DNA of 63,855 nt, filler included, from Olpidium bornovanus S191 (GCA_017911155.1; 30 parts of 30 records of this genome joined end to end with filler, not necessarily neighbours in it), one strand, 5' to 3'; counted from the whole stretch's first letter, positions 23,745 to 36,859 are shown. A program made the numbers and translations. The notes: generated by a model from the sequence alone, not told the origin.

Positions 23745-25030
23745 TCACTCTGCCCTCTCTTCCAGCATCTTCGCCTTCTGCTCCTCCTTGGCGATGGCAG
23801 CGTTGAGAAACTCTATTTGCGCGCGGAGGCTGGTCGTCTCCTTCTCCATTTTGGTCTTCGTCTCGGCGATCTTCTGGCGAAGCTCGTCGAGCGTCTCCTC
23901 GGTCTCCTGCGAGTTCTGTATCAGCGCGAGGTTGTTCTCCTCGAGCTCGGCGAAGATGTCCAGCAGCTGCTGCGGGCGGGTAAAGTACATGGGCGGGCCC
24001 TCGGGCTCATCGAGCTCGGTGTCGCTGCCGCAGCCGCCGCCGCCGCCGTCCGGCCTGTCGGACCCGGCGCCGCACCCGCCGCCGTCGCCGGACCGATCGT
24101 GTGGCGCCCGCTTCTGCGTGTCAAGCTGCCCTCCTTTTCCTTTGGCCGCCTTCCGACTCGCTCCAGCGCGGAGCTGTGATGACTTCGCGCCTCCTGGACG
24201 GGAGGTGGTGGTGGTGGGGAAGAAGGGGGAGTGGGAGTGGGAGAAAAGCGAGTGGAGGCATCGAATTTCAGCGAGCTGTAGAAGCTTCAAACCAATGCAA
24301 TCCGGAAAGTCGGCTGAACGTGTCCCAACGTACTGCCGCCGCCAGGAGCGAATTGATCCGCCCCGCTTGACCTGTTGTTTTCGGCCTTGGCGGCCTGGAT
24401 CGTCTGAGAAGGCGTTTTTATCGAATGGGATTGCAGGTGTTTTCACATAGTAAGCCTAAAATTACTTTCTCGTGTTTTCCTCCCCCACCCCCCACCTCCC
24501 ACCCTCTTCCTCTTCCCCCTCCGCTTATTATTCTCCCCAATTTCCCCGTTACGTACTCTCCGCTGCTCCCTCAGCAGCGCTTGCTCGGCGAACCACTCCG
24601 GAGGGGTGAGCTTGTCAAGAAAGTCTCTGTACCGCTGCAGATCCTTGAGCTGATCCTCGTCCTTGCTCATGTCGCTCCGGATGGCCGTTATCTGGAGGTT
24701 GAGCTTTTTTATTTCCTGGACTTTTTCCAGCTTGGCCTTCGTCTCCATCTCCGCCTTCCGTATCGCGTCCACGGAGCTCTTGTCGTTCTCCTTCAGGAAC
24801 GCGTCGAATTTCGCCGCGTCCTCTTCCAGCTTCTTTTCGTTGTCAAGGAACTTCTGCTCCTCGGCCTGGGCGATCTCCTCCAACTTCTTTGTTTCGTCCC
24901 TTTTCACCCCCAGGGCGTACTGGACCAGGAACATCTCTCGCTTCTTCTGGATAAAGTCGTGCAGATTTTCTTTTCCAAAGTGGCGGTCTTCGCAACGCAA
25001 AAAAAAACCCCCGACAAATGGGTTGAGCAT
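23745..25030 (-). CDS. CFAP100: Cilia- and flagella-associated protein 100 (CCDC37/38, MIA1 family), partial
   Basis: DFIQKKREMFLVQYALGVKRDE..LEEDAAKFDAFLKEND..AIRKAEMETKAKLEK..FLDKLTPPEW and MYFTRPQQLLDIFAELEENNLALIQNSQETEETL. Confidence 0.92.
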
Positions 25031-25354
25031 TGACGAATCCGGCCTTGTGCGCTACCCCGGGGCGTCATCCCGGACGAAGCGCTAAATCTCCGCTTGCAGA
25101 AGGGGAATACTTCCAAGGGCTTATTTTCACCCAATCGTCTGCCCCCCCCCCCCCNNNNNNNNNNNNNNNNNNNNNNNNNNNNNNNNNNNNNNNNNNNNTT
25201 AATTAATTAANNNNNNNNNNNNNNNNNNNNNNNNNNNNNNNNNNNNNNNNNNNNCATGGTTCCCTCTTGACAACCGAAATGTAATTCGCAAGAATGCCCG
25301 ACGGCTCGTGCGCGCCTGTCGTGCGCGCAGAGGAAAATCATTCCGCTTCCTCAC

Positions 25355-26310
25355 CTCGTCGATATCAAACTCGAAATTGCACTCTTCGTCCTCGGGACCG
25401 AAAGTGTCTGTCTCGTTAATCTTGGCGTTCTCCGGCAGCTCGCCGTAGACCTTCAGACTCCGCGCCTCGTCCGCCGTGTACTTCTGAATGACGTCCGCCT
25501 TCTCGTCCTGGTACTCCCGGAGGGATAGCAGCACAATGTCACCTTGGTTTATCCACACCTTCTTGCGTAGCTTCCCGCGGATGTGGGCCAGCCGCTTCTC
25601 GCCGTCAAAGCACTGTGCTTCTAGTCGCCCGTTGCCGAGCATTTTCACGACCTGGGCATACTCTGGGCCCCGACAAAGGAAAAACGCATAAAAACAGACA
25701 CCGTCGGGTCAGGGTCGGGTCTCTTCCGAGGCATTCCTGAGAATTCCGAGCTACTCCCAAAACCTGCATATCATAACAGAAGCACCGGCCCGCCGCCTCG
25801 CTGCGGATTGAGGGGCGGGCCACCCGCCCCCTTCGAAATCGCAACCTTGGCCGTCCTCCTTGAACACGAGCTCCCGTTTCTCAGAGTCATTTTCGTTCTT
25901 TCCACGCCGGCGGTTTTTTCCTCCCTGTGTGCAACCCAAGCGCAAGAACAAACAAGGTCAGTTAACCCATACGCCCGCGGACAGCCAAGAGCACCGTTGT
26001 CGGCGCTCCCGAACGTTCGGGGCACAGGCGCCTCCAGTTTGGGATTCCGGTTAACGACGACCCAACCACAAGCCGGCCTCTCCTCTTCTCTTCGCCCCCT
26101 TTCCCCCTTCCCGCTTCCTCCATTCCAACTTTGGCCCCGGGCCCATTTCCTCCCGAATTTGACCGGCAAGGCCAATTGCCCGCCTCCTCCATTCACGCTT
26201 TTCCACCTACCCTCCGTCCTTCACTCTCGGCTGGCTGTCCACCCGCCCTTCCTCAAGAGGCCCTCCCTCACTTCTCCCATCCACCTCACCTTCCCCTTGT
26301 TCTTCGGCAT
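25355..26310 (-). CDS. TIF11: Translation initiation factor eIF1A (exons 26310-26290, 25925-about 25848, about 25662-25355; last codons not resolved)
   Basis: MPKNKGK|[26 protein letters not shown]|[53 protein letters not shown]. Confidence 0.98.
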
Positions 26311-26681
26311 GGCGGAGCTTTGGTTCTGCGCGCGGGCGGGCGAGAGAAGCGGGGCAGGCAGGCAGATTGGGGGGGGAAGTTGTTGTGGTCGCGGTCGGCG
26401 GCGGGTGGAGGCGGGAGAACAGCCTGGGCGGGGGTGGAGGGAAAAACGTATTTTTTTTTTATAAAAAAAAGAACGAAATTTGCATTTTGCGACGGTTCAT
26501 GTTTCACTTCAAATGCAAAGGGCATTTCTCAAAAATGCAAAAGTAGTCTACTTTCAATGACAAGGCCCGTTGTGGCCAACGGGATGACAGAAGCCGGCAA
26601 CAAAATGTAATGCCAGCTTGTAACTCAGCTTCCTCTCTCTATGTGGCATGGGAGTTAAGTTTCATCGATCCATCCCTATAG

Positions 26682-26963
26682 GTGCACCATCGATCGGTAT
26701 TATCAAATCTGCGTGAACATCCTCAATCCGTACTATGGACGTACTCAATCTACAGCGTAAAACACGTCTGGGCGGACATGTCAACTGTTATAGACTGGCA
26801 AAAAGCCAGTTTTGTCGTCCCAGTGCCGCAGACTCAGTATGCGAGCGAAGCAGCACCCGTTGTTACTCAGTGTAAAGACTTCATCGCGCACCACACTATT
26901 GTGTACGCCCGCCGCGCCGAGCTGAAAGGTCTGTGCAGAAAACGCTGGAAAGCCGGACCATGG
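26682..26963 (+). CDS. Probable internal coding exon of an unidentified gene divergent from eIF1A
   Basis: TAG acceptor at about 26681, then an open frame to the contig end with ordinary globular composition (LWTYSIYSVKHVW..FIAHHTIVYARRAEL). Confidence 0.4.
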
Positions 26964-27128
26964 NNNNNNNNNNNNNNNNNNNNNNNNNNNNNNNNNNNNN
27001 NNNNNNNTTAATTAATTAANNNNNNNNNNNNNNNNNNNNNNNNNNNNNNNNNNNNNNNNNNNNGAACCCCCTCCCCCCCCTCCCTCCCCCGTTAACGGCC
27101 ACCTCCCCGTTTCCTTTGCCTTATCCAG

Positions 27129-28079
27129 GGCAGACGAAGTGGGTGGCCGAAAAGGTCTGCATGGAAGCGCGGCAGCGTGGATTGCCCGTCACCATAATCC
27201 GGCCTGGCTATATAGTCGGGGATTCCCATACTGGGGGTATGAATTATATTGAGTGTGAACGTTCCTGGCGAGCTCTTAACTCCAGAAAGTGCCGAAGTCT
27301 GACATCGTTCGGCGCGTCCGACAAATTTCCCCGTGGTCCAGTGACGAACACGGATGATTTCATCTGGCGGCTGGTTAAGGGCTGCGTGCAGCTTGGCTGC
27401 ACACCCATGATGAATAACACAGTGAACATGTGCCCCGTGGACTACGTAGCCGACGTGACGGCAAGGATCGCGTCGGGCGTCGGCAACGACTACGTCAAGC
27501 TGGGAGCGTTTCACATGACCAACCCGCACAGGTACGCGGTCAGTGCGAGATTGGGGGGAAAGCGAGACCCCTGTCATTATACGGTCAAAGGGAAACTCCG
27601 CCGCCCAAAAAAAGAATTTTCCTCCCGGATGAAGACGGATCCTTCCTTGACTTCCGGGCACTGTTTATTATTTTTCGCCTGGCCCCAGGTTCCGCTTCGA
27701 CGACCTCTTTGACCTCCTTCGCGCCCACGGATACCGCCTCCAGCCGATTCCGTACATTCCCTGGCGGGACAAACTCATGGAGGCGACCTTGGCGAGCGCC
27801 GGAGACGCCGCGCGCTCCAACGCGCTGTACCCGCTGCTGCACTTCGTGCTGGACGACCTGCCCACGAGCACGCGCTCCCCCGAGCTCGACGACGCCCACA
27901 CGGCAGAGGCCATACGGGCTACCGGGATCTCCTGCTCACCGATGGACGACCTCGTGGGCCGGTACCTCGGGTACCTCGTCAAAGTGGGCTTCCTGGAGCG
28001 TCCGGACGGGAAAGGCAGCAAGAGGATCGTGGAGCACAATGGGGACGTTCAGGAGGTCAAGAGAGGAAAGAGGGGTTGA
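27129..28079 (+). CDS. LYS2: L-2-aminoadipate reductase, C-terminal thioester-reductase domain, 5'-partial
   Basis: GQTKWVAE, TIIRPGYIVGDSHTG, TNTDDFIWRLVKGCVQLG, NTVNMCPVDYVA, NALYPLLHFVLDDLPTSTRSPELDD, YLGYLVKVGFL. Confidence 0.93.
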
Positions 28080-28358
28080 TTTTTTTTCTTCCCTTCCCCG
28101 CACCCCCCCCCTCCCTCCCCTTTTTTTTCGTCATCGTGCCATGTTCTCGGTGCGAAAAAGCAAACTTTTTAAAATGAATTTGGCCAGAGAAAAAAAAAAT
28201 ACTGCTCTGTCTCGCACTTGGTCGCAAGCTGGGTCGGGTGTCGTTGGCGGGCCGTGTGGTGTGCGTGATTGATTGTGCGCGCACGCGCGTGTTTCTTAAA
28301 GCCGATCTCTTACGGCGTTTGGACGCTCGTTTTTCCCTGGTCCCAAAGCGTTCTCCGC

Positions 28359-28389
<31 letters not shown>

Positions 28390-28514
28390 GGGGGGGTTTC
28401 CCCCCCCCCGGGGANNNNNNNNNNNNNNNNNNNNNNNNNNNNNNNNNNNNNNNNNNNNTTAATTAATTAANNNNNNNNNNNNNNNNNNNNNNNNNNNNNN
28501 NNNNNNNNNNNNNN

Positions 28515-28545
<31 letters not shown>

Positions 28546-28890
28546 GGTTTGACTGGTGTTTGACCGGATAAACTTAACGTGCTTTTGTCGGCTCTTTCTC
28601 TCCTAACCCCCCCTTCCCCCCCCCCTTCTCTCCCCCTCACGTCCGAACGGATAACAGTAGGAAAGAAAACGTTGGCTGGATTGCATTAGACCGGGCAGGT
28701 TGACAAAAAAAAAACGACCAAGGCAAGTGAGCGACGACCTGATCGCTCATCGTCCGTACGCTGCCTACATAATTTCAACCTCCCGTCCCCCCTCGCCCCA
28801 CCCCCTCTTGCCCCGGCATGTCAAAAAAAAAATCCCAGATGAGGTTTATAACGGCCGACGTTTACCGAGAATCGTTCGCCTGGGTTCGCT

Positions 28891-29098
28891 TTACTGGATT
28901 GTACGTCTCGGCGCCTCCGTTCTGCCGCTTATCAGCGGGAAGTCTTCTAGACCTAGTTGCTTCAACAGGCCTTCCTCGCTTTCCACGGGCACCCTCCGTT
29001 TCCTGTCTTCGCTGCCGTCAATCTTGGCCTCCGCCGTCTTCTTCCTCTTGTGCCCACTGCTGGCGTCCTTGCCGTCGTCCAAGAAAAGCTCAAACCTT
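28891..29098 (-). CDS. Possible terminal exon of a hypothetical protein
   Basis: Open frame FELFLDDGKDASSGHKRKKTAE..EEGLLKQLGLEDFPL. No family recognised. Confidence 0.3.
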
Positions 29099-29926
29099 TC
29101 CGGGGATTTCGCAACGTTGCGTGACAGAAAAAAAAAACGTGAATCAGTTGGGAGGGAAACGGGCCCCGCTGGTTCCGCAAACTGCGTGTAAAAATGACGC
29201 GCCACGCGAACATCGAACGCTTACCGCTCGCACTTGAAGCCCCGCTCTGACGCGTGCTTCCTCATCTTGGTTTCAAACTGGCGTTTTATGGCGCGTGAGC
29301 AAAATTACATCGCGCCGTGTGGGACGGACATTTGTGCGGACTCGCATTGTCTCACCTCCGGCGGTTGAGTCATGCAAAGCAAAGCCATGCTGTAAACAAG
29401 ATGATTGAGCATTCGAAAGTTCGCCGGAATTACTGGGCTGGAAAAAACGTCACGCACGGAGATTGCTCAACGGTGCAGCCTCGCAGCGTCACCAGTCGGC
29501 GGTCTTTGCACCCTGATGTTTTTATGACCGCCTGCGTACGCCAAAAACGCCATTGAGCGAAACAATCAGAGACGTTCACTGCGCCGGCAACAAAATTGCA
29601 GTTTCGGCGCCAGTTATTTTTTTTTTAAAGAAAATGAAAAGAATAGCGCGGTTGATAAATCGGGTTGTCGCCGATTTCTTCTTACCAGGAACGTGTCGGC
29701 GTCGACAGGTGGGACGTTGTCGACCATCAGCCCATCCGCCCTTAACTTTTCCGCAAAGCTTGTTAGCATGCAANNNNNNNNNNNNNNNNNNNNNNNNNNN
29801 NNNNNNNNNNNNNNNNNTTAATTAATTAANNNNNNNNNNNNNNNNNNNNNNNNNNNNNNNNNNNNNNNNNNNNCATGATTACGCTGACATCCCCGCAATA
29901 CGCTTTGCGCCAAATTCTGGCAAAAG

Positions 29927-31916
29927 GGTTCCTTTTGAACGCGGAATTGAGCTCGCGGAACAATTTAACGTCGAGTCGTGCCTCCGCCCGTTACTGGACT
30001 TCGATATGGACGTGGAGTATTGCGGGTCCCTGAGCACACCTACAAAAGAGCAAGCAATGGCGGCGTACAGAGCGGCCCGTGGCGGACTCGCAGGGGTCAT
30101 TGGTATGTAGATAGTTCGCGAACTTCCAGAGTTTCCAGGTCAGCTCTTACAGCTCTTGGTCGCGTAAAAGGATCGCCGGCTCGAAAAAAGCAGAGAATAT
30201 CTTCTTCTGGTTATCAAGTTCCATCTCAGTCGCTAACGTCGGCGCGGTACGGAATCACAAGTCCGCTCACACATGAGGAACAACTTTTGGAAAGGAACAG
30301 GGCAGTGCTCATGGCCATCTTCCTAAACGAAGACCCTAACCAAGTCCCCGAACTGCTCATGGACCGAAGTTTGAAGTCGGACGTAAACGTCGACCAACCG
30401 ATCGACGACCAGGGACTGACGGCGCTGCACTGGTCCGCAACGTTGGCCAGGATGCTGACAACGAGGCTGTTGGTCGAGAAGGGCGCAGACGTGCGTCGCC
30501 AGAATTATGCAGGCGAAACTCCGCTTATGCGGAGTGTAGCGGTGGTCAACAACCACGGGAGCCAGACGTTTCCCGAGCTGCTCGATCTCATGGGGCCGTC
30601 CATCTGCGTTGTGGACCATCGCGGGTACACCGCCCTCCACCACATCGCGATCGGCGCCGGCGTCGCCGGTCGGGCAGCTGCTGCGAATTACTACATGAGA
30701 TGCATTCTCGACTGGATCGAGCGCAACATGCCGGAATGCAGGACGCTGTTGGACATGGCAGACGGAGCAGGAGACACCGCCCTTCACCTTGCGGCGAAGG
30801 TCGGCGACGTCGGCCTCGTGCGGCAGCTTTTGGAGCGCGGTGCCAACCCGGAGGCCGTGAACCGTTCTGGGCTGAAAGTGTCAGACCTCGGTTTTGGTCC
30901 GGACGTGCCGCCTTTGGACAAACACGATGTTCAGCGCACGTTTTGCACCATCGGGGACGAAGGGGTAGGTTTTATAATCCCGCAATGTCCAGTCTAGACG
31001 GTGTTGCTGATTTGTACGTGCGCTTCAGGCAGGTAACCCTCAACAAGAAGCTGCAATCTGTGGATCACTCGGGAACGATCCGACAAGCGCCGAGGAAACG
31101 TTAAGAATAGCGGAAGGTAAATGTGGCGGCAGCGCAGAAAGAGGAGAAAGGGGCACGGCGAGGTCGTAACATCATATCGCCTGCGGAAATCCCGACGTAG
31201 CCGTAGAAGGATTCCAAAAGCAGCAGGAGCAGCAGCTCGAGAGCGCAAAACGCAATCTAGAGGAGGCTCGTAAGCAGTACCGGGAGACGTCGCGAGAAAT
31301 GGCCCTGACGAGGAGGCACATCACGGTGCTGCACGCGAAGTACCAGACCGCCGTGGACGTCCGGCAGCGGATCGACAACCTGCGAAAGGCGATCTTCGCG
31401 GAAACCTCGTACGGGCAGTCGCTGTTCGCCGCGAACGCGGCGATGATCGACGATTCCGCCGCCACGTCGGGCGCCTCGACGCCGCACGGGCCGGATAGCG
31501 GCGATGTCGACGACCGCAGCGACGTCAACGACCTCCTCAAACGGTGCGCGGCGCTGGGCCCGTCCTCGTCCGAGGAGGAGATCCGGGCGGTGCTGCGCGT
31601 CCTGCGGGTCCGCGTCGGCGCGTTCCAGCGGAACGACGAGGAGCTGAAGGCGGAGATTTCGCACCTGCGCGCCACCGCGGCGGAGAGGGAGACGCAGTGC
31701 CGCCGCCTCATCGCCACCTGCTGCGGCTTCTCGCCGGACGACGTCGACGAGTGGCTGGACAACCTCATGCGCGCTGTCGACGTCGACAGCGCGGAGGCGG
31801 ACCTCAAGGTGATGACCGCGGTCATGGATCGCGTGCGCAAGGGGGAAGAGGAGGTCGACCTTGGGGACGCCGCCGCCGCCGGCTTCCACGCGTTACAGAA
31901 TTCGGACGAGCAGTGA
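29927..31916 (+). CDS. SBF/MBF-family G1/S transcription factor (Swi4/Mbp1/Res/Swi6 type; end of KilA-N domain, ankyrin repeats, coiled coil), 5'-partial
   Basis: VPFERGIELAEQFNVESCLRPLLDF (end of APSES/KilA-N). Ankyrin motifs DDQGLTALHWSATLAR, NYAGETPLMRSV, DHRGYTALHHIA, DGAGDTALHLAAK. C-terminal heptad region ending at TGA 31914-31916. Confidence 0.93.
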
Positions 31917-32143
31917 GTGACCCCCGGGAAGAAACGAGAGCGCGGGAGGCCCTCGCCGTTACACCCGAAGCCGCGGAGCTCGCCGTTCCCGGAACGTCCC
32001 GCTGCGTTCGAGAGGCTGCGCAAACCCCTCGCCCTCAAAACNNNNNNNNNNNNNNNNNNNNNNNNNNNNNNNNNNNNNNNNNNNNTTAATTAATTAANNN
32101 NNNNNNNNNNNNNNNNNNNNNNNNNNNNNNNNNNNNNNNNNAA

Positions 32144-32258
<115 letters not shown>

Positions 32259-32863
32259 GAGGGGGGAATCGAATCCCTCTTTAAATCTGGGTCTGAGCGA
32301 AAGACGCCGCCGGCCAGTGGCTCCCGTGTCGTCGGAGGGGACACCCCCCGCCGCCTTCTCCATGTACCGGGAACACGGCCCCCTTCCCCTCCCTCCCGTT
32401 CCCTTGGGCCGCCGGTTTCACGATGCGACGGAGGCGCATCCGACCAAGTTACAATTTCTAAGATAAATTGCACCGCGGTGACCCCTGTTTCCTGAGCATG
32501 CTCCGACCCGTCGGCTTTTCCCCCTTGTGCGCAGCAGGGGGGCGAGAGCCACGGCCGGCACAGCCGAAAACGACCACGGTGCACCCCATTTTCACTCAAA
32601 AGAGCCGTCGTTTCATTCCCCTGGAGAAATGCCCTACTTCCCCTCCACACCGAAAACGAGTGTGAAGTTTGCCTTTTCCGACAGGAATTTCGGCCGTTCC
32701 GCGCGCGCCCAAATCATCAGGGCAAAGGTTATATAATCCGGCGAACACTATCGTCACGTCACGTAAACACGATAACTTCTGGGAATGCAAAAGCGACGGT
32801 TCTCCGTCCTCGTTTGATGATATACACTGGGCGGCGTGCGCGTCACGCCGGCCGGCGTCCTGG

Positions 32864-33648
32864 TCAGACACCGGAAGCTTCCGGTCTCGTTGATATGTAC
32901 TGAACTGCTTGTGCGACAGACTGGATTTCGTCGGCATCCTTATCGGACATCTCGACGTTGAACTCCTCTTCAATGGCAAGCACCACCTCCACTGTGTCGA
33001 GGCTGTCTAGATCGAGGTCTGCAAACGTGACGTCCGGGGTCACCTTCGGATACAAGCAGGGAAAAAGCGCGCAGCGGAAGGAAACAAAAAAAAAAGTTAA
33101 TCAAAGGCGGACACGACGTTCGCTTCCGTGGGCGGGACATGTTTTCCGAGGCGGTTGATTTCCGACACAGGCAACCCCTCAACCAATTTCGCCGACGCCG
33201 CCGTTCCCTTCCCGCCCTGCCCCGCCCCATCCCCCCACCGCCCCCACCCGGCGGCCGACTCGAACGAACGCCCAGAGAGAAACACGCATAAAAAACGGAG
33301 CCTGCTTTCCCTTTTGGTGAGGGACCGGGGCTGCACGTGCTGAGGCGTCGGCGCGCTTCCCTGCTCTCCCCCGCGCAGGGGGTTTTTTTTTTTTTTTACC
33401 TTGTTGGCGTCGACTTTATCAAAGCCCCGCACGACTCTCAGCACGCGCTTCTCGATTTCTTCCCTGGACAGGTCGAGGGCGGGCGCGGCGCAGGAGAAAG
33501 CTCTCGAGAGCGGCGCGGCGGCGAGCGGGCGGCGCCGGGCGACGGCCGGGGTTCCCGCGGCGAGTAAAGCGGCGGAACAGGAGCAGGCGCCGGCGCGCCC
33601 CGCCGCGGCGACCTTCGCCGGGGCGAGCAGCGCGGCGAGGCGGTTCAT
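32864..33648 (-). CDS. ACP1: Mitochondrial acyl carrier protein (NDUFAB1-like), 2 exons
   Basis: Ala/Arg-rich presequence; IEKRVLRVVRGFDKVD|..DLDLDSLDTVEVVLAIEEEFNVEMSDKDADEI, containing the DSL phosphopantetheine site. Confidence 0.97.
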
Positions 33649-33840
33649 GGTGCGCGGGCGGGCCTCTCTCTCTCTCTCTTCCCGGGCGGGGGGGTCCGAG
33701 TCCTGCCGCTGCTGCTGTTTCTAATTCTGTTGTTGTTGTTGTTGTTGTTGTTGTCGTCGTCGTTCGGTGCGTCGTCGCCGAGCGGAGCGGGCGAACGGGA
33801 TTAAAAGATTTTTTCTTTTTTTTTTTTTTTTTTTTTTTTG

Positions 33841-33875
<35 letters not shown>

Positions 33876-33940
33876 CTCAGGGCCGCGGGGAGGGGGGGCG
33901 CCGGGGGGAGGGGAGGGGGGGCGGGGGGGCGGGAAAATAG

Positions 33941-33955
33941 GGGCGGTCACGTGAC
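33941..33955 (+). promoter_or_regulatory. Extended E-box GGGCGGTCACGTGAC upstream of ACP1
   Basis: About 300 nt upstream of the ACP1 ATG; identical to the sites at 36845 and 10600. Confidence 0.6.
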
Positions 33956-34107
33956 AACCCCTTTTCCTCTTCCTCCCGCGCCGCCGAAAAGAAACCCGCT
34001 TAGAAGTNNNNNNNNNNNNNNNNNNNNNNNNNNNNNNNNNNNNNNNNNNNNTTAATTAATTAANNNNNNNNNNNNNNNNNNNNNNNNNNNNNNNNNNNNN
34101 NNNNNNN

Positions 34108-34970
34108 CATGGAGGCATCGCAAGTTACCTTCCTGCCCTGTATGACGTCTACGGAGTGTAATCATCATTGCCAACGTCCTCGTTGTCCGATAGGCTGCCT
34201 TCTTCGCCCGCAACTCATCACCTCGGAAAAAAACCGAATTTCACCTCGGAAATGATTACTTGCTTTGTCATCCTGCTCCTCGTCCTCTTCCAGATCGGCG
34301 TCGCCGTCAAGGGCCGATCCAGCGCTCTCGTCGTCGTCGCTCAACGCGTTGGAGTCGTTCGATTCCGGAGTCAGGCCGACGTCTTCGTTCTCGCCGAGCT
34401 GCGAGGCCCAGATCCGCGGAACATCATCCAGCGAACGACCCTGGCTGCTGCTGGCCGCCACATCGCTCGCGAACGGCTGCGTCTCCTGGCCTGGGAAAAA
34501 AAGCTGACTGAAGGCGGCGAACGCGTCTCGAAGGGAAGTCATCGATAGCGACGTTGCAGGCTGTGCACCTGGCCAGACGGAGGCGGGACCATGTGCGAGA
34601 CCCATCTCTGAAGACAACCAGAGCAGAAAAGCAGTTTCCTCACCGAACGCGGTTGTGGCCCACAGGGACCAAAGATGTCCTCCATGCTGGCTGACTGGCG
34701 CTGAGTTGACGTTGAGATGAGGCTTGAGCTGCCTGGGAAACCTTCAACGCGCCGCGTTGGCAGCACGAGGTGTGATGTCAGGCCGAGCACAACCTGCGTG
34801 ACGTCTCCAGCGGCCGGCTCCAACGACAGGTAACCAGCACCTCTCGAAAAGCTCGGGAAGTGGTCTCACCTGGACAGCAGGGACGTAAATCGGGCGCAGG
34901 CCGAGTCTACTGTGGGGTCAGGCGCAGCCGTGTCTGAGCTGCGGTAGAGCTGCGTTTTCTGCGACGACAT
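34108..34970 (-). CDS. Hypothetical multi-exon protein with Ser-rich and acidic segments, 3'-partial
   Basis: ATG at 34970, GTGAGA donor at 34869, open segments and an acidic tract DDDESAG..LEEDEEQDD. No family recognised. Confidence 0.35.
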
Positions 34971-35309
34971 TTTGGGCCCGTTTCTATGTGGGCGTGTACT
35001 TGACCCAGCACAAAAAAGGCGTACAGGTACCCGAAAAAAGTCAGAATAAAATCAAAAAAATGTCAGCGCGTCAGGATGCAAAGAAAACGAAGCCCCAGTT
35101 GAGAGATGGGTTCTGGTATTATATCCTCAAAAGGGAGAAGGCAGCGGATGCCGCGGTTTATTCCGCTGTGGCCGGACGGGCATGAAATTCGCGATTACGT
35201 GCGGGACTCCTACCCAAGAATTTTAGAACTTTATATAGCGGTATGCGGAATACATGTGAAACAGGAAGTGACAAACACAAAAAAAAATCTCTTCTTCCCT
35301 CCTGTCAAC

Positions 35310-35762
35310 TCATTCGCCGAAGACGAGCCCGCCGCCGGTGCGAGGAGCGTGACCCACGAAGATTTTCCTCCCCGTCTTGCCCTCTTCCTCGATCTCCTCC
35401 ATGACCTTGACATACTCGGGGTGGCGTTTGCAATGCCTCTGGAGGGCGGCGAGGACGATTACGTACGTGGACTGGTCGGGCTTCGGCGGCTCGTACCAGC
35501 CGGGCGGGGCCGGATACGACGCCGCGACCTCGTCCGTCTCGTACTCCGTGTTGCCGAGGCGCCCCGCGGCAAGCTCGACGTAGAAATAGAGCAGCCGGTC
35601 GATGCGGTTGTGCTTGGCGCACACCTTGAGAAGCGTGTTGGCATGAAATACTGTCGGTCCCACACAATCCGCCTGCGGGTCCGTCGGCTTCGCGGCGAGC
35701 TGGCCTTTTTTCTTAGCCTTGCGCAATTCCCGCAGCAGTGGACCCTCCCGGCCCGCGTCCAC
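35310..35762 (-). CDS. Pentatricopeptide-repeat (PPR)-like protein, C-terminal fragment
   Basis: Two PPR-like starts: PTVFHANTLLKVCAKHNRIDRLLYFY and PDQSTYVIVLAALQR. Confidence 0.6.
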   Translation of the reverse strand: MDAGREGPLLRELRKAKKKGQLAAKPTDPQADCVGPTVFHANTLLKVCAKHNRIDRLLYFYVELAAGRLGNTEYETDEVAASYPAPPGWYEPPKPDQSTYVIVLAALQRHCKRHPEYVKVMEEIEEEGKTGRKIFVGHAPRTGGGLVFGE

Positions 35763-35916
35763 NNNNNNNNNNNNNNNNNNNNNNNNNNNNNNNNNNNNNN
35801 NNNNNNTTAATTAATTAANNNNNNNNNNNNNNNNNNNNNNNNNNNNNNNNNNNNNNNNNNNNCATGCGTACGGGAAATGTAACGTGTGGGTGGGGCAGGG
35901 AGAGGCGAAGGGCGCA

Positions 35917-36635
35917 TTATGTGAAGCTGTTTTGCTGGGCCTCCGACTGGACGCGCTTGACGTAAGTCTTGGACACAATGTTCCACGCTTCCATATACCG
36001 GTCGGCGCACTTGTTCAGGCAGGACTGAGGCGGCGCGGGGGTCGGCGCAACAGCGGGGTTTGCCAGGACCGGAAAACGGCGACGACACAAAGAACCAGCC
36101 AAAAAAAAAATGACGGAGGAAAAAAAAAAAAAAAAAAAGGCGACTCCGTTACATCTCCGCCGCGGTCCCGCTTTTTTGAGGCGCTTCTTTTGTTTCGGTG
36201 AGCTGCAAATAGGGGCAGAATCCGGTACGATCCACCCCCCCCCCTTCCCCCCGCTTCCTCACCTGCTCCGAGGTGTCGAGCTTGACGCCCGGTCGGGGAC
36301 AACACGCTTTAAAACAGTTATGGTTCATCTTGTGTATGAGCTCCCTGAGGAAGGAGGAAAAATGCACCAAAGCGCGAGGCGGGAACGAGTTCAGCCGGCG
36401 GGAACGAGTTCAGCCGGCGGGAAGAGAAAGCTCCGCGCACGCAGCAGGAGGCCCGGTGGCTGCGAACCTCTCGGCCGTCTCCCTCATCCCCTCCCCCTCC
36501 CCCAACCCCGCACCTCCCCCACCCCTCCCCACACACGCACACACACACACACACATACACACACACTTACTGCGCGTTCGCCACGGCCAGCTCGTTCCGG
36601 ACCTGTGTCATGATTTCATCTTTTTTGGCTGACAT
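35917..36635 (-). CDS. TIM13: Mitochondrial intermembrane-space small Tim chaperone Tim13 (exons 36635-36571, 36344-36263, 36024-35917)
   Basis: IMTQVRNELAVANAQELIHKMNHNCFKAC..EQSCLNKCADRYMEAWNIVSKTY, a twin CX3C motif. Intron phases are consistent. Confidence 0.96.
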
Positions 36636-36844
36636 GGCGGCGGTGCTGGGCGGGGCGGCGGCTGCGGCGGAGAATCGACCGACGGAATTCGGAAGCGCGC
36701 GCGCCTCGGGGGTTCGTGTGTTTTGTTTTCGGGGGGGGTCGGTGGTTTTTTTTTTTTTGGTATTTTTTTGTTTTTTTTTTTTTCCGGCTTGGGCTGGGTG
36801 TGCGCTGCGTGCGGGCAAAAAGCCAACAAAAAAAAACAATTTGA

Positions 36845-36859
36845 GGGCGGTCACGTGAC
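36845..36859 (+). promoter_or_regulatory. Extended E-box GGGCGGTCACGTGAC upstream of TIM13
   Basis: About 215 nt upstream of the TIM13 ATG; identical to the sites at 33941 and 10600. Confidence 0.6.
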
